Source: Octopus sinensis | Lineage: Eukaryota | Reading direction: 5' to 3' | DNA length: 64,000 bases | Assembly: GCF_006345805.1 (NCBI RefSeq) | Contig: NC_042999.1 | Span: forward strand, 79,174,001 to 79,238,000 | In this document: piece by piece, positions 25,734-39,435 of the stretch | How the letters are laid out: each line of letters starts with the position of its first letter | How positions within the stretch are numbered: the first letter of the stretch is position 1 | Notes under the pieces: model-generated | What the model was told of the DNA's origin: nothing | Databases searched by the model: none | The model's input: the letters and a program-made list of their open reading frames with translations, nothing else | Position numbers and translations under genes: made by a program

Positions 25734-27202
25734 GAAGGAAATAATTAGATTGATAAATAAGTAAAAGATAGAGGAGAGGGAGGGGCGTGCAATGGAAAGA
25801 ATTGGATAGATTGATAAATAGATATATTTTGAATATTTTGAATTTTAATTTTATGTAAATTCCTTTTATATATTTTACAGTAATTTTTTCCTAAATTTCA
25901 AACATTTATTTTCTGTATATTTTATTCAATCTAATCACTTTCCATTTATATATATATACAAATTATATGCATAAGTGAATATGTCTGCGCGTGTGAGTGT
26001 ATGTGTGTGTTGATATATGTATATATATAAATATATATACACATATATACGTACATGAATACACGCACATATTTGAATGTGTATACATATGTGAAAGTGC
26101 ATACACAAAGAGATTTATTTCATATACTTTGTATTCAATTATATGTTCCTTTATTAGTTGGTATATTAATATATATGTGTGTCTACGTATGCGTGTGTGT
26201 GTGTGTGTGTGTGTGGTGTTGATATATAACATGAATAAATGCATAAATATTAGAGAATAGAATTCGGTATTAAAGCATTGTACTAGTTGTATTTCTACAG
26301 TCTCTAGATAATACAGAAATGAAGTATAATTCCATGAAATACACGTGAATTTTATTTAAATAAACTCAGTATTTAATGGAGATTTTTATGTATAGTCTTT
26401 ATAATCTTACTTATATTTATAGATAATTTTAGTTTTTTGTCTTCATTGTTAACTTATTTTGGACAGAAAATATTTTTTAATTACGAAAATCAGCAACAAA
26501 ATATATTTGAAATAAATATTTGTCATTGGTATTTATACGTAGATTTATATACATACAACAAACAGCGTGCGCACAAAATCACATACACACACATAGATAT
26601 TTGTACAAATATGCATAGATAGAATCGCAATTTAGGAAAGTTTTTCTCATGTGTGCGAGTGGGGAAGTTAAGGAGCGAATGTACTTGCGTGTGTATGTGT
26701 GTGAATTAATTATACTTTGATTTCTTCAAAATTGATGCAAAGTGCATTTTTATCAACAAGGAGCACAGACGCGGTCACTTTCAATATTGTATAATTTATG
26801 ACTATTTTGTAAATATTTTATGAAAGACTGTGTTGCCCCCTCTGATTCTAAAAATTCAGAACAAAAACAACTAAAATTAAAATATTTTGAATCGTTCAAT
26901 CTTGACGTCTACTGTTTTTGCCAATAAGAACTGTGGAATCCAATCTTTTCAGAACACACACGCGCGCGCGCAATCAACATTTCAACGACTACGTGAGTAA
27001 AAGTGTCGCACATACATTTCTTCACTTAAGCAACTTCAGTGAAATGAAAATAGCTTCGGTTTGTTGTTCTTGCCTTTACGCTTCTTATCACATGAAATAA
27101 ATTTGGCCAATCATGAATCCATTTCCTATATCAATTTCTGGTTATTTTCAAAGACAATATTTCCTTGAAGACTAGTATAACCGACGGACAACTTCTGAGC
27201 TA

Positions 27203-27237
<35 letters not shown>

Positions 27238-27576
27238 ATATATATATAATAAAATATTAGGGAATAAATCCAAACTTACGGGGAAAAATCAGATTTAGGA
27301 TTGAATCCAATTTTATAGTAAAATATTATATTATATTAAATTAGAGATAAAACCACTATTAGGCAAATCATACGATGAAAAATTTAAGCCAATACATAAG
27401 ATTAATTAATTTATATTATTTTAAATATATATAAAAATTATTAAAAACGATAATGAGTAAAACACTACGATCGTTTCATGGCTGTCCAATTCGTATATAT
27501 ATATATATATTATATATATAGATATATATATATATATACAGATAGATAGATATGTTTCTTTATTAGCCACACAGGG

Positions 27577-27711
<135 letters not shown>

Positions 27712-28055
27712 TGTTTTGAATAAAGTCTGTGTTTAAATGTGATGACTAGTATGCGAAAACATCATTTGAGGTTAAAACCATTACCACATAATGATAAAAA
27801 GTTCGCCTCCAGCGAGATATCTTTCGGGCAGCGTGCCTATGGACGTATTGGTTTTCTTAGTATAAAAAGTAAGTGATATAAGGCAAACAAAGAATTAGTA
27901 GGGAGAGAGATGGTGAAGAGAATGGCGACAGAGAGAGCTCGCCACAGCAACATAGAGTTAGAGAGTGAAAGCAGAAAGGCAGAAACAGGATGATGGTCAG
28001 AGACAGGGTCAGTGAAAACGATAGGGATATGGAGTTAAGATTTTAAATCACTCAC

Positions 28056-28239
28056 TGTGTTCTCAATGTGAACGCTGCACTTGTTATGGACGAAGGCAAA
28101 TTTAACCCTTTTGTAATCTCTCTCCATAATTTTTTGTTTATAACTTCAACGAGCCCTCCTTTTGATACAACCAATCGAAATAATTCGTATAGATCCAACG
28201 TTTGCTTTGCCATAATTGGTATTCTGTTGACAGGTGTAC
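28056..28239 (-). CDS. ARID3: ARID3/dead ringer exon: ARID DNA-binding core (G)TPVNRIPIMAKQTLDLYELFRLVVSKGGLVEVINKKLWREITKGLNLPSSITSAAFTLRT(Q)
   Basis: Manual translation of the minus strand gives the hallmark ARID3 sequence. The acceptor is tttctttctcttacag|GT ACA (phase 1) and the donor is ACA CA|gtgagt (phase 2). The exon is 184 nt and is missed by the ORF track because it has no in-frame start in this frame. Confidence 0.97.
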
Positions 28240-28375
28240 CTGTAAGAGAAAGAAATAATTGTATTTAACAGATCAAAGATGGGCTTTTTTCTCTAGTAGT
28301 GGGGCTCAACGTAAATCGCGCCACACCGCTAAAGGGGTTATATGACAAACAAAGTACTAATTAAACCATATCATA

Positions 28376-28593
28376 TATGATGGGTGCTGAAAAGTTCCTG
28401 CCTTTAAGGGTATCGCGAAAGGCCTGGTTGGAAGCCTAGCTTTCTGAGTTCTTTTATCGGGCTTAGAAAAACTGAAGGACAGTTGCAATAAATGTGAATC
28501 TGAGTGGGGAATATATTGAATAAAATCATAATTAATTCATCCTCCTATATTTCCTTTCACCCAAAGTCAGGAACTTTTCAGCACCTCCTCGTA
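28376..28593 (+). mobile_element. Mariner/Tc1-type MITE, copy 2
   Basis: TA-tgatgggtgctgaaaagttcctg...caggaacttttcagcacctcctcg-TA. It lies ~137 bp upstream of the ARID exon acceptor. Confidence 0.85.
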
Positions 28594-29183
28594 TTAAATA
28601 AATTATAATTATTTGATTGAAAAAAAAAAGAAAAAGCGAAATTGAAAGAATCATAGGGAGAGAGAAATGATAGAGAAACTCGAAATTTCCAGAGTCAAAG
28701 ATATTCGGTGCACCATACTAAAATACATAATGAGACGCATGAAGCATGAGTGCCTCAGATTTTCCATGTTTGATATCAGCAGGTGAAGAGCGAGGTATTG
28801 ATTATGTTGTGACTCTTGATATGCCACAATATAATGACAACTGGGGATAAAAAAAAAGGACCAAATTGAAACAATACGGAAGATATAGTCAACCAAATAT
28901 TTGAAGGAGGTGGCTAGGCATGGACTCATTCCAATGACTGTAACCAGAAACCAGTAATCAAGTCATATGATAATAGTATAATGATAGCAGTCTCTCGTAG
29001 TCCTAGAGAGCGTGCTTCATATCAGCAAATGAAAAGTGATGAAATTTTGTTTTATGGTTTAATAAATCGATCTCAGTAACGGGGATAGATTGTCGCACCG
29101 AAAAATGTAACGCAGAATTGTAAAAATAATTACGAAATTGTCCATAAACTTGATGTATTCAATGAAACTATTTTGCAGCCATA

Positions 29184-29232
<49 letters not shown>

Positions 29233-30997
29233 AAGAGAGACGGACCTCCGTCAACGTAGACTTACTGCTATATAAAACAGAGCTAACAGTGTAAAGGAAT
29301 AGCTATTAGCCTCTTTCTTAACTATTACCAACAACATAACCTACTAGCAAAAATATCAAGTAAATTTCCATCAACTCACATTCTGCCATTTTAGAAAAAT
29401 AATGACTGTGCAATGTAGACCTTGAAGAAGAGGTTGAGGGCTCCTCGTTGACCTCAACCAGAGTTAATAATAAACGACAACGCAAGATATACTTACTAAC
29501 TGAAAACAGTATCGATGTTTTAAAGGAAGTGCCATAGTCTACTATTTTTAGCATCTCCACCATTTTATGACTTATATTAACATGCTATTAGTTGCCCCAG
29601 TAAGATCACACAACCTAATGACTGCAATTAGTACATACGAAGTATTATTTAGAGATCTCACGCGAACCATTGTTTTTTTTTTTTTTTTTTTTTGTCAACT
29701 GCCAATCTGACAATATATCAACATCAGCCTGAAATGACGTCATATTTCAGAGAAGTATGACAATGTTTGTATCGAACGTTGTTTTTTTCTTTTTCTAATG
29801 CTATGATATTAGCTGATCCAATATCACCAGTCTCCGATAACAGGAGTCATATTATCAACCCGGAGGTCGGATAGAAACTTAGACGTGCTCCGCCAGTAAT
29901 CTTAACAATTTGCCGACCCTGCTCTGAATGTTGTCACAATTTTAGAAAGATATAAAATATTAATGTTGTTCTATAATATACGCTATCAAATATGTAAAAA
30001 GCAAATAAACTACGAAAGATATTATGATTCCCGCTCACTGAAGTCCTATAGATTCTGAGAGCTTGAATTTTCGTTTTGATACATGTAATGCAGTAAGTTG
30101 AAGAAAATAAAAAATAAAATATAAATAGTAAAAATCTGTTTTTTTGTTGTTTGCCTGTTATTTTTTTGTGGGCTATGTTTTATAATGTTGTCTTAAATAT
30201 ATTTTCTGAAAATAACAAACAACTATATGTTGTTCTATTTCATTGCTCATATTGATTATTTGATAGTTGCGACAAGAGAGACACCAAAAAATACAATAGA
30301 TAATTTAAAATAAAAATTAGAATGAGATGAAAATTACAAAGAACAATAAATAAACGAATGAACAGATAAAATAAAATTACAGTATTTTTTTCAACGAGAG
30401 AATTTTTATTTCAAAATCTCAAGTTGTTGTTGCTTTAAAAAATATGTTTATCACATTATATATTTATTTATGTATGTTTTATGCTATTTACTATTTCTAG
30501 TTATATAACATCTCTTGTCGATCAAAATATACGATTAAACTGGATATAAAGCAGCCATTTTGAAAACACAGATAAACAAATGTAGCAAACACACAAGAAC
30601 AGGATTACACAAAATATGGTTATTTTGTTACGAATTAAAAGCGATCATGTTGTATGAAGACAGAAAAAAAGCTATATTTATATCTACATGTGTTTATGTG
30701 ATTGTATGTACACATGTGTGCGTTTGCATGTGTGTGTGTGTCTGTGCGTGTGTGTAAGTATATATGTACTGAGACATTGTATGAATGTGCAAGCAAACCA
30801 CAACATCTATAAAAGTACTCAATGCAAAAAGTATGGAGAAGCAGAAAAATATGAATAAGATTGTCCATTAAGAATTTCTGAAGAATCGCAAACTGAAACT
30901 GCAATATAATTGTAATACTGAACCATTTCAGTCATTGTTATTGTTCAGGTAACTGCTTGGAATTGAACTCGGAATCTTGGGGTTAGTAGCCCGAACT

Positions 30998-31039
30998 CAC
31001 CTGAAGAAGCCTGGAGGGTGTATCAGCCGAAACGTTGTG
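30998..31039 (+). ncRNA. Minimal hammerhead motif in a Penelope-like terminus (element ~30998-31095)
   Basis: CAC | CUGAAGA | A | GCCUGG AGGGUGUA UCAGCC | GAAA CGU | U | GUG. The core is intact, stem II is 5/6, stem I is 3 bp, and stem III is the palindrome ACGU. Confidence 0.55.
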
Positions 31040-31320
31040 TTAACAACAAAGATGAGGACAAATATCCGTCGAATGTAAATAATGTAAATAACGTACATTT
31101 TAGTCATGTTCGCTATTTGGTTCCCCACCCCGCAACACAAATACGCTCATATACTTTCTTGTATGCATATAAGTTTATATACTATATACATAAACGGTTA
31201 CTTATGCATATACGTACACACACACTCCACACTCAAACACGCACACATAGATACACACACACATAGATACATACACACATATTTATTCTCATATTTGTAT
31301 TATATAATATCATAATATAG

Positions 31321-31394
<74 letters not shown>

Positions 31395-31610
31395 GAAAAC
31401 ATTTATATACACATCATATATAGATAGGTAGATAGATAGATAGATAGAGAGAGAGAAAAAGGAAGAGAGGGTTAAGGAAGAGAGATGAGCTAAAAGCATG
31501 CTTGAATGCTTGTATATATGTGTGAGAATGTACGTAGTTATATATATATCCCCACACACATATATAAATGAACACACACACTCACAGACACATGCACACA
31601 CAAACAAACA

Positions 31611-31663
<53 letters not shown>

Positions 31664-32246
31664 ATGCATATATATGTATATATAAGTGTATGTAAACATT
31701 GATAGCTAATCTGCCATAGAATTACAGCAAAAGTGTGTATTTCAATATCAGTAAAAATCTCTACTTTTATACAATTGACATTTAAACAGAAACCTATGTG
31801 TTGAGAAGAGACTAAATGTAATTATCAATTTTTATGGAGTAGCCACGCGATAATATTGAAAAAAGATATAGAAGCGTCAATTCCAAAGTGAAGAGAAGTA
31901 GATAGCAGTAATAATAAATTGCTTTTAAAAATAGAAGATTACAGCACTCAGTGAACTTGTGATACTACGTTTTCAATTCTTAGTCGAGTTTTACTCATTA
32001 TAATTAATTACTTAACGCAGATTTGTTCCGATTCAGAAGAGATATGATTAAAAGTGTGGCATTCATGACCATCCTATCATAATATATGCTTCAGTTTAAA
32101 CATAACTAAAATTAGGAGAGTATTGTAGTTCGCTTGAAGCATTGTGTATTGTTTGTAAAAAATAGTGTGTCTTGGATAGCACAACAATGCACTATAATAA
32201 CAACAATGGACTACAATAACTGTTATAATGTAATTATCCCTAGTCT

Positions 32247-32288
32247 GATGCAATATTTCGGAGTATAAAAATTCCTTCTTCAGATATC
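32247..32288 (-). ncRNA. Minimal hammerhead motif at the end of a GC-richer pseudo-LTR-like segment (32230-32470)
   Basis: Minus strand reads GAUAU | CUGAAGA | A | GGA AUUUUUAUAC UCC | GAAA UAU | U | GCAUC. The core is intact, stem II is 3 bp, and stem III is the palindrome AUAU. Stem I is 4/5 with a mismatch at the second pair. Confidence 0.5.
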
Positions 32289-32784
32289 CCTAGGAATCGG
32301 TTTTCCAACGGTTTTTTTTTCGGAAGCGTCGCTGTAGTGGTCTCAAGAAGCTCCTTCCGGAATTCCTCATGAGAAGTGCGTGAGGGCGGCCATGTCTCAA
32401 GCGCGTGTGTGATGCCACATCCGTAGCGCTGCTTCTAAGCTATATATCGTACGTGCAGTTTCCTTTACCTAAAGCATTGTCCTCTTTCCTTTTTTAAGAG
32501 TGTGGAGCAGGATTTTTAAGAACTTTTACCACTATTTCTAGCAGAGCCAATGAACGAGGATTGTTTATTATATGAGTTACAACCACCATATTTCTCCTTA
32601 ATACATTATATATACATCGGTTGAAAACTCCAAAATAGGAAAGCCAATAGCGGTAATGGTAGTGATGGTTTTGAAACAGACCGTCGTGTTGGGGTGCTTG
32701 TGGTGATGATAACGGTGATGGTGGTGAACATGAGGAAGGTGGTGGCTTCGAGCAACTGTTTAGCTGTTCGCATTCTTTGAACTA

Positions 32785-32991
32785 TACGAGGGCGCGGTGA
32801 AAAGTTCCTGGCTTTAAGGGTATCGCAAAAGGCCAGTCTGGAAGCCCAACCTTCAGTGTTTAGAAAAACTGAAGGACCGATGCAATAATGAGTGAATCTG
32901 AGAGGGGAATATGTTGAATAAAATCATAACTAACTGACCCTCCTGTATTTTCTTTTACATGAAACGAGGAACTTTTCAACACCCCATCGTA
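32785..32991 (+). mobile_element. Mariner/Tc1-type MITE, copy 3
   Basis: TA-cgagggcgcggtgaaaagttcctg...ggaacttttcaacaccccatcg-TA. The interior is shared with copy 2 (ttaagggtatcgc...gaaaaactgaaggac...gtgaatctgag). Confidence 0.85.
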
Positions 32992-33345
32992 TATGTGAAC
33001 TTGTGTGTGTTAGCTTGTATGAAAAGTTAGCTGGAACAGGAGTAAATAAGTACGCTTAAATATCAACATACATATGTATGCATATATATATATATATACA
33101 CATCTAAGTTTATGCATATTTACAGCAAAAATATCTAATAGAAGTTTAAATCAGCATCACATTACTTCAGGTTTTCGTGTATGGGCGAGGAGAGCAACGT
33201 CAGATGTTGAGAAACACCATATACAGCGCACACACAAACATGCAAATGTGCACATGCACATGCACTTACACACACAAATAATCTATTTGTCAAACTATAC
33301 ACACACACACACACACCAGTGAGATAAATAGATAGACAGGTAGAC

Positions 33346-33459
<114 letters not shown>

Positions 33460-33694
33460 GAATGTCAGCATGCATAGTAATGCTTTTCTTAATTTAAAAC
33501 TCAACATTACCTCGAGATAAGTTTGGTGAGTTTTGAGAGTGGATGATGTCAATTATTATGCTTTTATGCGTATTTATGTCCTAGTTTCAATATGTACAAA
33601 TTTATGCACAATCAAAGGAAACGAGGATCAAAAGGAGTGAAAAATCATGTAGTAAAGAAAGGAAAAGAATGCGTAAAAAGACGGTGAACTAAAG

Positions 33695-33739
<45 letters not shown>

Positions 33740-33983
33740 CAGAGAGGGGAGAGAGAGTTGGGTGGGAGAAAGAGAGTCATAGATATAGTTAAATACATTT
33801 ATCTGTTAATGAACATTCGATAATTCTACTTTATAAAGTGAATATCAAATTCACATACCCATCTGTCTTTCTATTATATTTATCTATCGGTCTTTTTATT
33901 TCTCTGTCTTTCAATCAGCATTTCTCCCACTCTCTTTCTCCATATGTGTCTTTGTATGTATGTGATGTGTATATGTGTGTGCG

Positions 33984-34085
<102 letters not shown>

Positions 34086-34725
34086 CATATATGTATGTAC
34101 ATGCATTTCACGTTCTTGTCCCAGTTTGTATTTTTTTACATTTACATATATATATATATATATATATATTTATCTATCTATCTGTGTATTTATCCATTTA
34201 TCTTCCTATCATTCTTCATTTTATGAGTTGCTTGTAAAATTTATTTTCAAACTGCTCTCTTAATTCCTTTATTTCTTTGCTGTATACTTTATTTTTCCCC
34301 AAATATTTCATTTCACATAGCTTTCCCGCCAGATCCATTTACCAATATTCTATAATTGACCGAAAGCTAATATCAAATCTGGCAGACGAAAACAATCAGT
34401 TGAAATTCTAGTAAACTGAAATTGAAATGTGAATAAATAAAAGATAAACCTCAAATATTCAAACGAATCTGAAGACAAAAACACAACGACCGCCCCAGCA
34501 CCACACACCAGAAATAAATAAGAAAACAAAATTTAAACGAACAAACATTTGCATACATAAACACGCTTACACACATACACGGACAGCCAAATACAGATTT
34601 TGTGAGTAATTGCATACCCAATATGGTGGATATCTGAATCATTCTTGAAACATTTTTTCGTTTATTTATTAACTATTCAATGGGGAATAAACTTATGGCC
34701 TTAAAATTGAAGAATGTTTTGTAGG

Positions 34726-34767
<42 letters not shown>

Positions 34768-34783
34768 TAATATATATATATAT

Positions 34784-34815
<32 letters not shown>

Positions 34816-34822
34816 GAATATA

Positions 34823-34860
<38 letters not shown>

Positions 34861-35144
34861 TTGACTAAGCATAAAATCTAACATTTGCTACATTATTTTA
34901 TGCAACATACTACTAAATAAAGGTGGGTTTAAAAACAGGCGAATAATAAAAACTACTACTTGGATTCGCAACCAAGATGAACGAAATATAAAACTATATA
35001 ATGCATTCAGTGCTCTAGGTACACGTAAACGTATACATTCAACTGGCACGGCAATTCACACAGTTCTATTGCGTTGTTGTACACTTGCATAATTATACGT
35101 ACACACACACACATGTATATATGTGTGTGTATGTATAGATACAT

Positions 35145-35299
35145 GCAGGCGTGGCTGTGTGGAAAGAAGCTTGCATCCCGACCACATGGCTCCAAGTTTA
35201 GTCTCACTGCGTGGCACCTTCAATAAGTGTCTTCTATAGCCTCGGGCCAAACAAAGCCTTATGAGTGGAATTGGTAAACGGAAACTGAAAGTAATCCAT

Positions 35300-35303
<4 letters not shown>
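35145..35303 (+). mobile_element. SINE family C, tRNA-like head, ending in (TA)n
   Basis: gcaggcgtggctgtgtgg.aagaagcttgc...gtctcactgcgtggcacctt...gtgtcttctatagcctcgggcc. Confidence 0.78.
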
Positions 35304-35379
<76 letters not shown>

Positions 35380-35394
35380 GTAGTTGAAGTTATA

Positions 35395-35680
35395 AGAGAT
35401 AATGGTGTTATTGAGAACCAAAGGTGTCATTTATGCTGAATAAGTGCTGTAGACAGACCATAGTTAAGTTCCAGATTCGGTAACATTGCGAATAAAGGGT
35501 TCAACGTTGGTTCTATGTCAGCGTGTAATAAGACAAAAAAACCCAGGGTGTATAGATGAAGCGATATTATTAATTAATATCCTAGAAACAGCTGTAAGAC
35601 CTTCTATCTATAAATGCTCTAATATCTATACAGCCATGGTTTTTTTTTATCTTATTATGCAAAAAATTCTTAGAAATATA
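35395..35680 (+). mobile_element. Rearranged Penelope-like repeat fragment with the 3' half of a hammerhead
   Basis: agaaacagctgtaagac (35584-35600) is identical to 56271-56287. It is flanked by ~35-bp inverted arms (35523-35557 / 35624-35660). Segment 35395-35525 is the reverse complement of the repeat at 18110-18240. Confidence 0.55.
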
Positions 35681-36471
35681 TGTATATATCTATGTTTGTC
35701 TATGTTTGTAGAACGCTCACAAGGCTAACTTAGTCTATTAAAGAGATTGATCTGCGGACTTCAATTCGTGTCTTGGGATAAACTTTACACTATAAGCCAG
35801 GTTCTTGTTACCGAATTCGACTCAGAATGCATTTGTCAATCCGAAGCCAAAACGATGAGCTTAAGTTGCCCGCGTGGAATCAGACCTAGACCCAGAACAT
35901 GACTGCAGGGGAATCTCCATACGATTCTCCCGCTCTCTCACTCTACTTCTCTCTATTTCTCTGTATATGCGTATCTATGTGTGTGTGCGTGTATACACAT
36001 ACACGTATAGGTACAAAAACACACACACCAACACATACATACACACAGTGGCACATACACTCAGATATGTTTCTTTGAACGGAACAAACATGCTGTCTGG
36101 TACATTTCATTAATAATTTATTTTTACAAAACCAAGCTTTCTACAGAAGGAAACATTAAACAGATTTATGATATTACTTCTACATACACCACACACACAT
36201 AATTAAGAACAAACATGTGTGTGCATTGTAACCGTGTAACCGCGGTCTAATTTTTTCTTATTTAAGAGAATGATTATTCAACACAGTATGTGCTACAAGA
36301 GTTATAGATGCGCGCGTGTGTGTGTGTGTGTGCGTGTGCGTGTGTGTATGCTTGTTTGAGTGTACTCTTCTTTCACATGACTTTGTTTTTAGTATATTTT
36401 TGGACCATATATGTGTGTGAGTGTGTGTATATATTTATGTATTTATGTATGTATGTATATATATATATATA

Positions 36472-36518
<47 letters not shown>

Positions 36519-36818
36519 CTATCTATCTATATGTGTATGTATATATGTGTGTGGGTGTGGGTGTCTGTATGTGTGTGTATGTATCTATAGCTCTTGGTGG
36601 ACCAAATCGCAGGTGAAATCTATGTGGGTGTCTTTCCGGAACATTATCTGGTTTAAAAAGCCACATCAGATGCCAGCACAGTGCTAAGGAAAGGTGTAGG
36701 TACAGGAGGCGTTCAAACTCTGCATAAGGAATAGACAACCACCATGTGTGTATATATATATATGCATATATACATATATGCATATATGCATATATATATA
36801 TATATATATAATATATAT

Positions 36819-36879
<61 letters not shown>

Positions 36880-38133
36880 GCATATATATATGCATATATG
36901 CATATATATATATATATATAATATATATATATATATAGACAGGTATGTATGTAGTGAGGTAGGTAGGTAGGTAGGTAGGTAGGTTGTTATATAGGCAATT
37001 GAATTCAAATTTTGAAATATAAGAACTCCCAGCATTTGTATGTATTAGGATATTGATTCGGATTTGCTTTTTCTCTATCTGTTTGATCATTGGGTCGATT
37101 ACATATGCTACTTACACGTTGAGATCTGAGAGAAATTAATGAAAAGGTGTGTGTGTGTGTGTGTGTGTGCGTGTGTGTGTTTGTTGTGAGATGAATTAGA
37201 GTGCAACAGATAAGGAAAGTGTGAGTAGAAGAAAGAGCGTGCAATTAAAAGAGCTCAAGTAGAAAGAGAACAGTATTTCTGTAGCTCACACTAACACTCC
37301 ACTTCTACCACTCTCCTACAAGTATCAGTGTTTCAGCACTCTTCCTTTGTTTTACATATATAGGTCTTCGCATATCGGTATTTTTTATTCATTCAAATAT
37401 TATTCTGGGACGATTTTCGATTCCTGCGCGAAGTTTGAGAAATAATCTCTCTTAAATAATGGTTTTATTTCAAAACAAACAGATAAACTTCAAATTCGAA
37501 CTAAATTTATCTTTACTTTTTTGATGCGACTCTACTCTATACCGTCTTCTCTCTCATCCTTCTCTAATTCCATTGTCTACCCTTCACCATCTTCTATCTG
37601 TCACTCTCTCTCACTCCTTCTCTTTTTTTTTCTCTCTCTCTCTCTCGTTGCTCACACGTGGCCATCGTCCATCTTTCTTTTCCTCACAAGATCATCTTTC
37701 TTTTCCTGAACGACGTTCTAAGAACAGGACGTCTTCTACGTCTTCTATCATTTCTCTTTTCAACGAAAATATTTTTCCCAGCGTTCAATATTCTCCTCTC
37801 GTTCTGGTCTAACGACCCTCCATATTTGTTTTCGTTCGGTTTCCTTGTATGTCTCCAGTATCTTGTTTTTGTTCCCAACTTTGACCCTCCATAAATTCAA
37901 AATTTTATTTGGGAATTTATGAGTGCAACTGTCTTCGAAGACTCGAATTGTCGTTGAATGCTCGAAATGAAGAGTAGAGAGGCAGCCGACAACTGATGAC
38001 GGGTCGTTCTTCGTGTTATTTGTCCTGCTTTCCATTTCCCTCTCGTTGTTTGCGTCTTTAACTCATCTGTTTTCGTACTTCATGTTGTTTACACAGTTGG
38101 TGAAGTCCTGTACTCACATATGCATATATATAT

Positions 38134-38194
<61 letters not shown>

Positions 38195-38215
38195 ATATAT
38201 TATATATATATATAC

Positions 38216-38263
<48 letters not shown>

Positions 38264-38350
38264 ATGATTGTGTGTGTGTGATTGTGTGTGTGTACACACA
38301 TATATGTATGTATATATACATTATTTATATTATCCATTTCCAAGTATATA

Positions 38351-38405
<55 letters not shown>

Positions 38406-39039
38406 TATATATATATACATATATGTGTATATGTGTGTGTATCTATGTATATTTACACGTGTATGAATTTACACTTGAAATAAAATTAATATATGAATAT
38501 ATATATATGTGTGTGCGTGTGTGTCTCTGTGTGTGTGTGCCTGTGTGTGTGTGTGTCGATGAGTGTATTTGTATCCTACGCACACACACACACACACACA
38601 GATATATATATACATATGTATTGCTTATATAAGTATGCTCGCGTCTATGCCTGCATGTGTAACTGTGTACATACACGTTACAGAAATTAATTGCAATGCT
38701 GTATTTCATACCACAGGTGTTGATTTTGGTTTTTCATATATAAATTAGACGAAACATATCCTACAGCACAGTTCTTAGTTCGGATACATTACTTATTTAT
38801 TAATGGATGAATCTTAAAATAAGACTTCATTAAAATAGTGAAGTGTTGAAAAATATTTGAATGTAGAACTAAGTGCATCATTGTTCTAGACATATTTGAC
38901 TTTCATCCCCCTCCGTTCTGGAAGAGAGTAAAGTAAATAGCTATACTTCAATTTGTTGGTGCCGTTAGGAATCTTACTATTCTTAGTTTTACCGATTCAG
39001 CTAACCACCTCTCGTTTCAGTTTCTATAATTCTTTCTAA

Positions 39040-39435
39040 TTTAGGCAAATGTCAAAAATCTTCAGTGGAAGACGTCGTTTACATCGACCCAGTGCATAAT
39101 TGATACTTATTTTATCAACTTCGAAATGACCAAAGGAAATATCGACCTCGACGGCATTTGAACTTAATAAGCCGAAAGAAGTACCGTTAAGGATTTTGTC
39201 CGGCGTGATAACGATTCTCTCAGCTCACCGTTCTACAACGTTTCAAACTTTGGCACAGGGTCACCAATTTGAATGAGAGTTAGTGGGTTACATCGACTCT
39301 AATGCTCAACAGGGACTTGTTTTATCAATCCCAAAGTTTACCTTGGTAGCATTTGATCGGGGAAAGTAAAACGTTGTAAGAAATGCTGCTAAGCATATTG
39401 TCTGATGCGCTGACCATTCTGCCAGCGCGCCCCCT
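39040..39435 (-). mobile_element. Two decayed head-to-tail SINE family B copies
   Basis: tacatcgacccagt...atcgacctcgacggcatttgaact (first copy); ttggcacaggg...tacatcgactc...gctaagcat...gccagc (second copy). Confidence 0.7.

Noticed and set aside
37520-38110. Complex segment with 60-90 aa ORFs on both strands
   Set aside because: No ARID3 or other recognisable motif, and no coherent splice-site pair.
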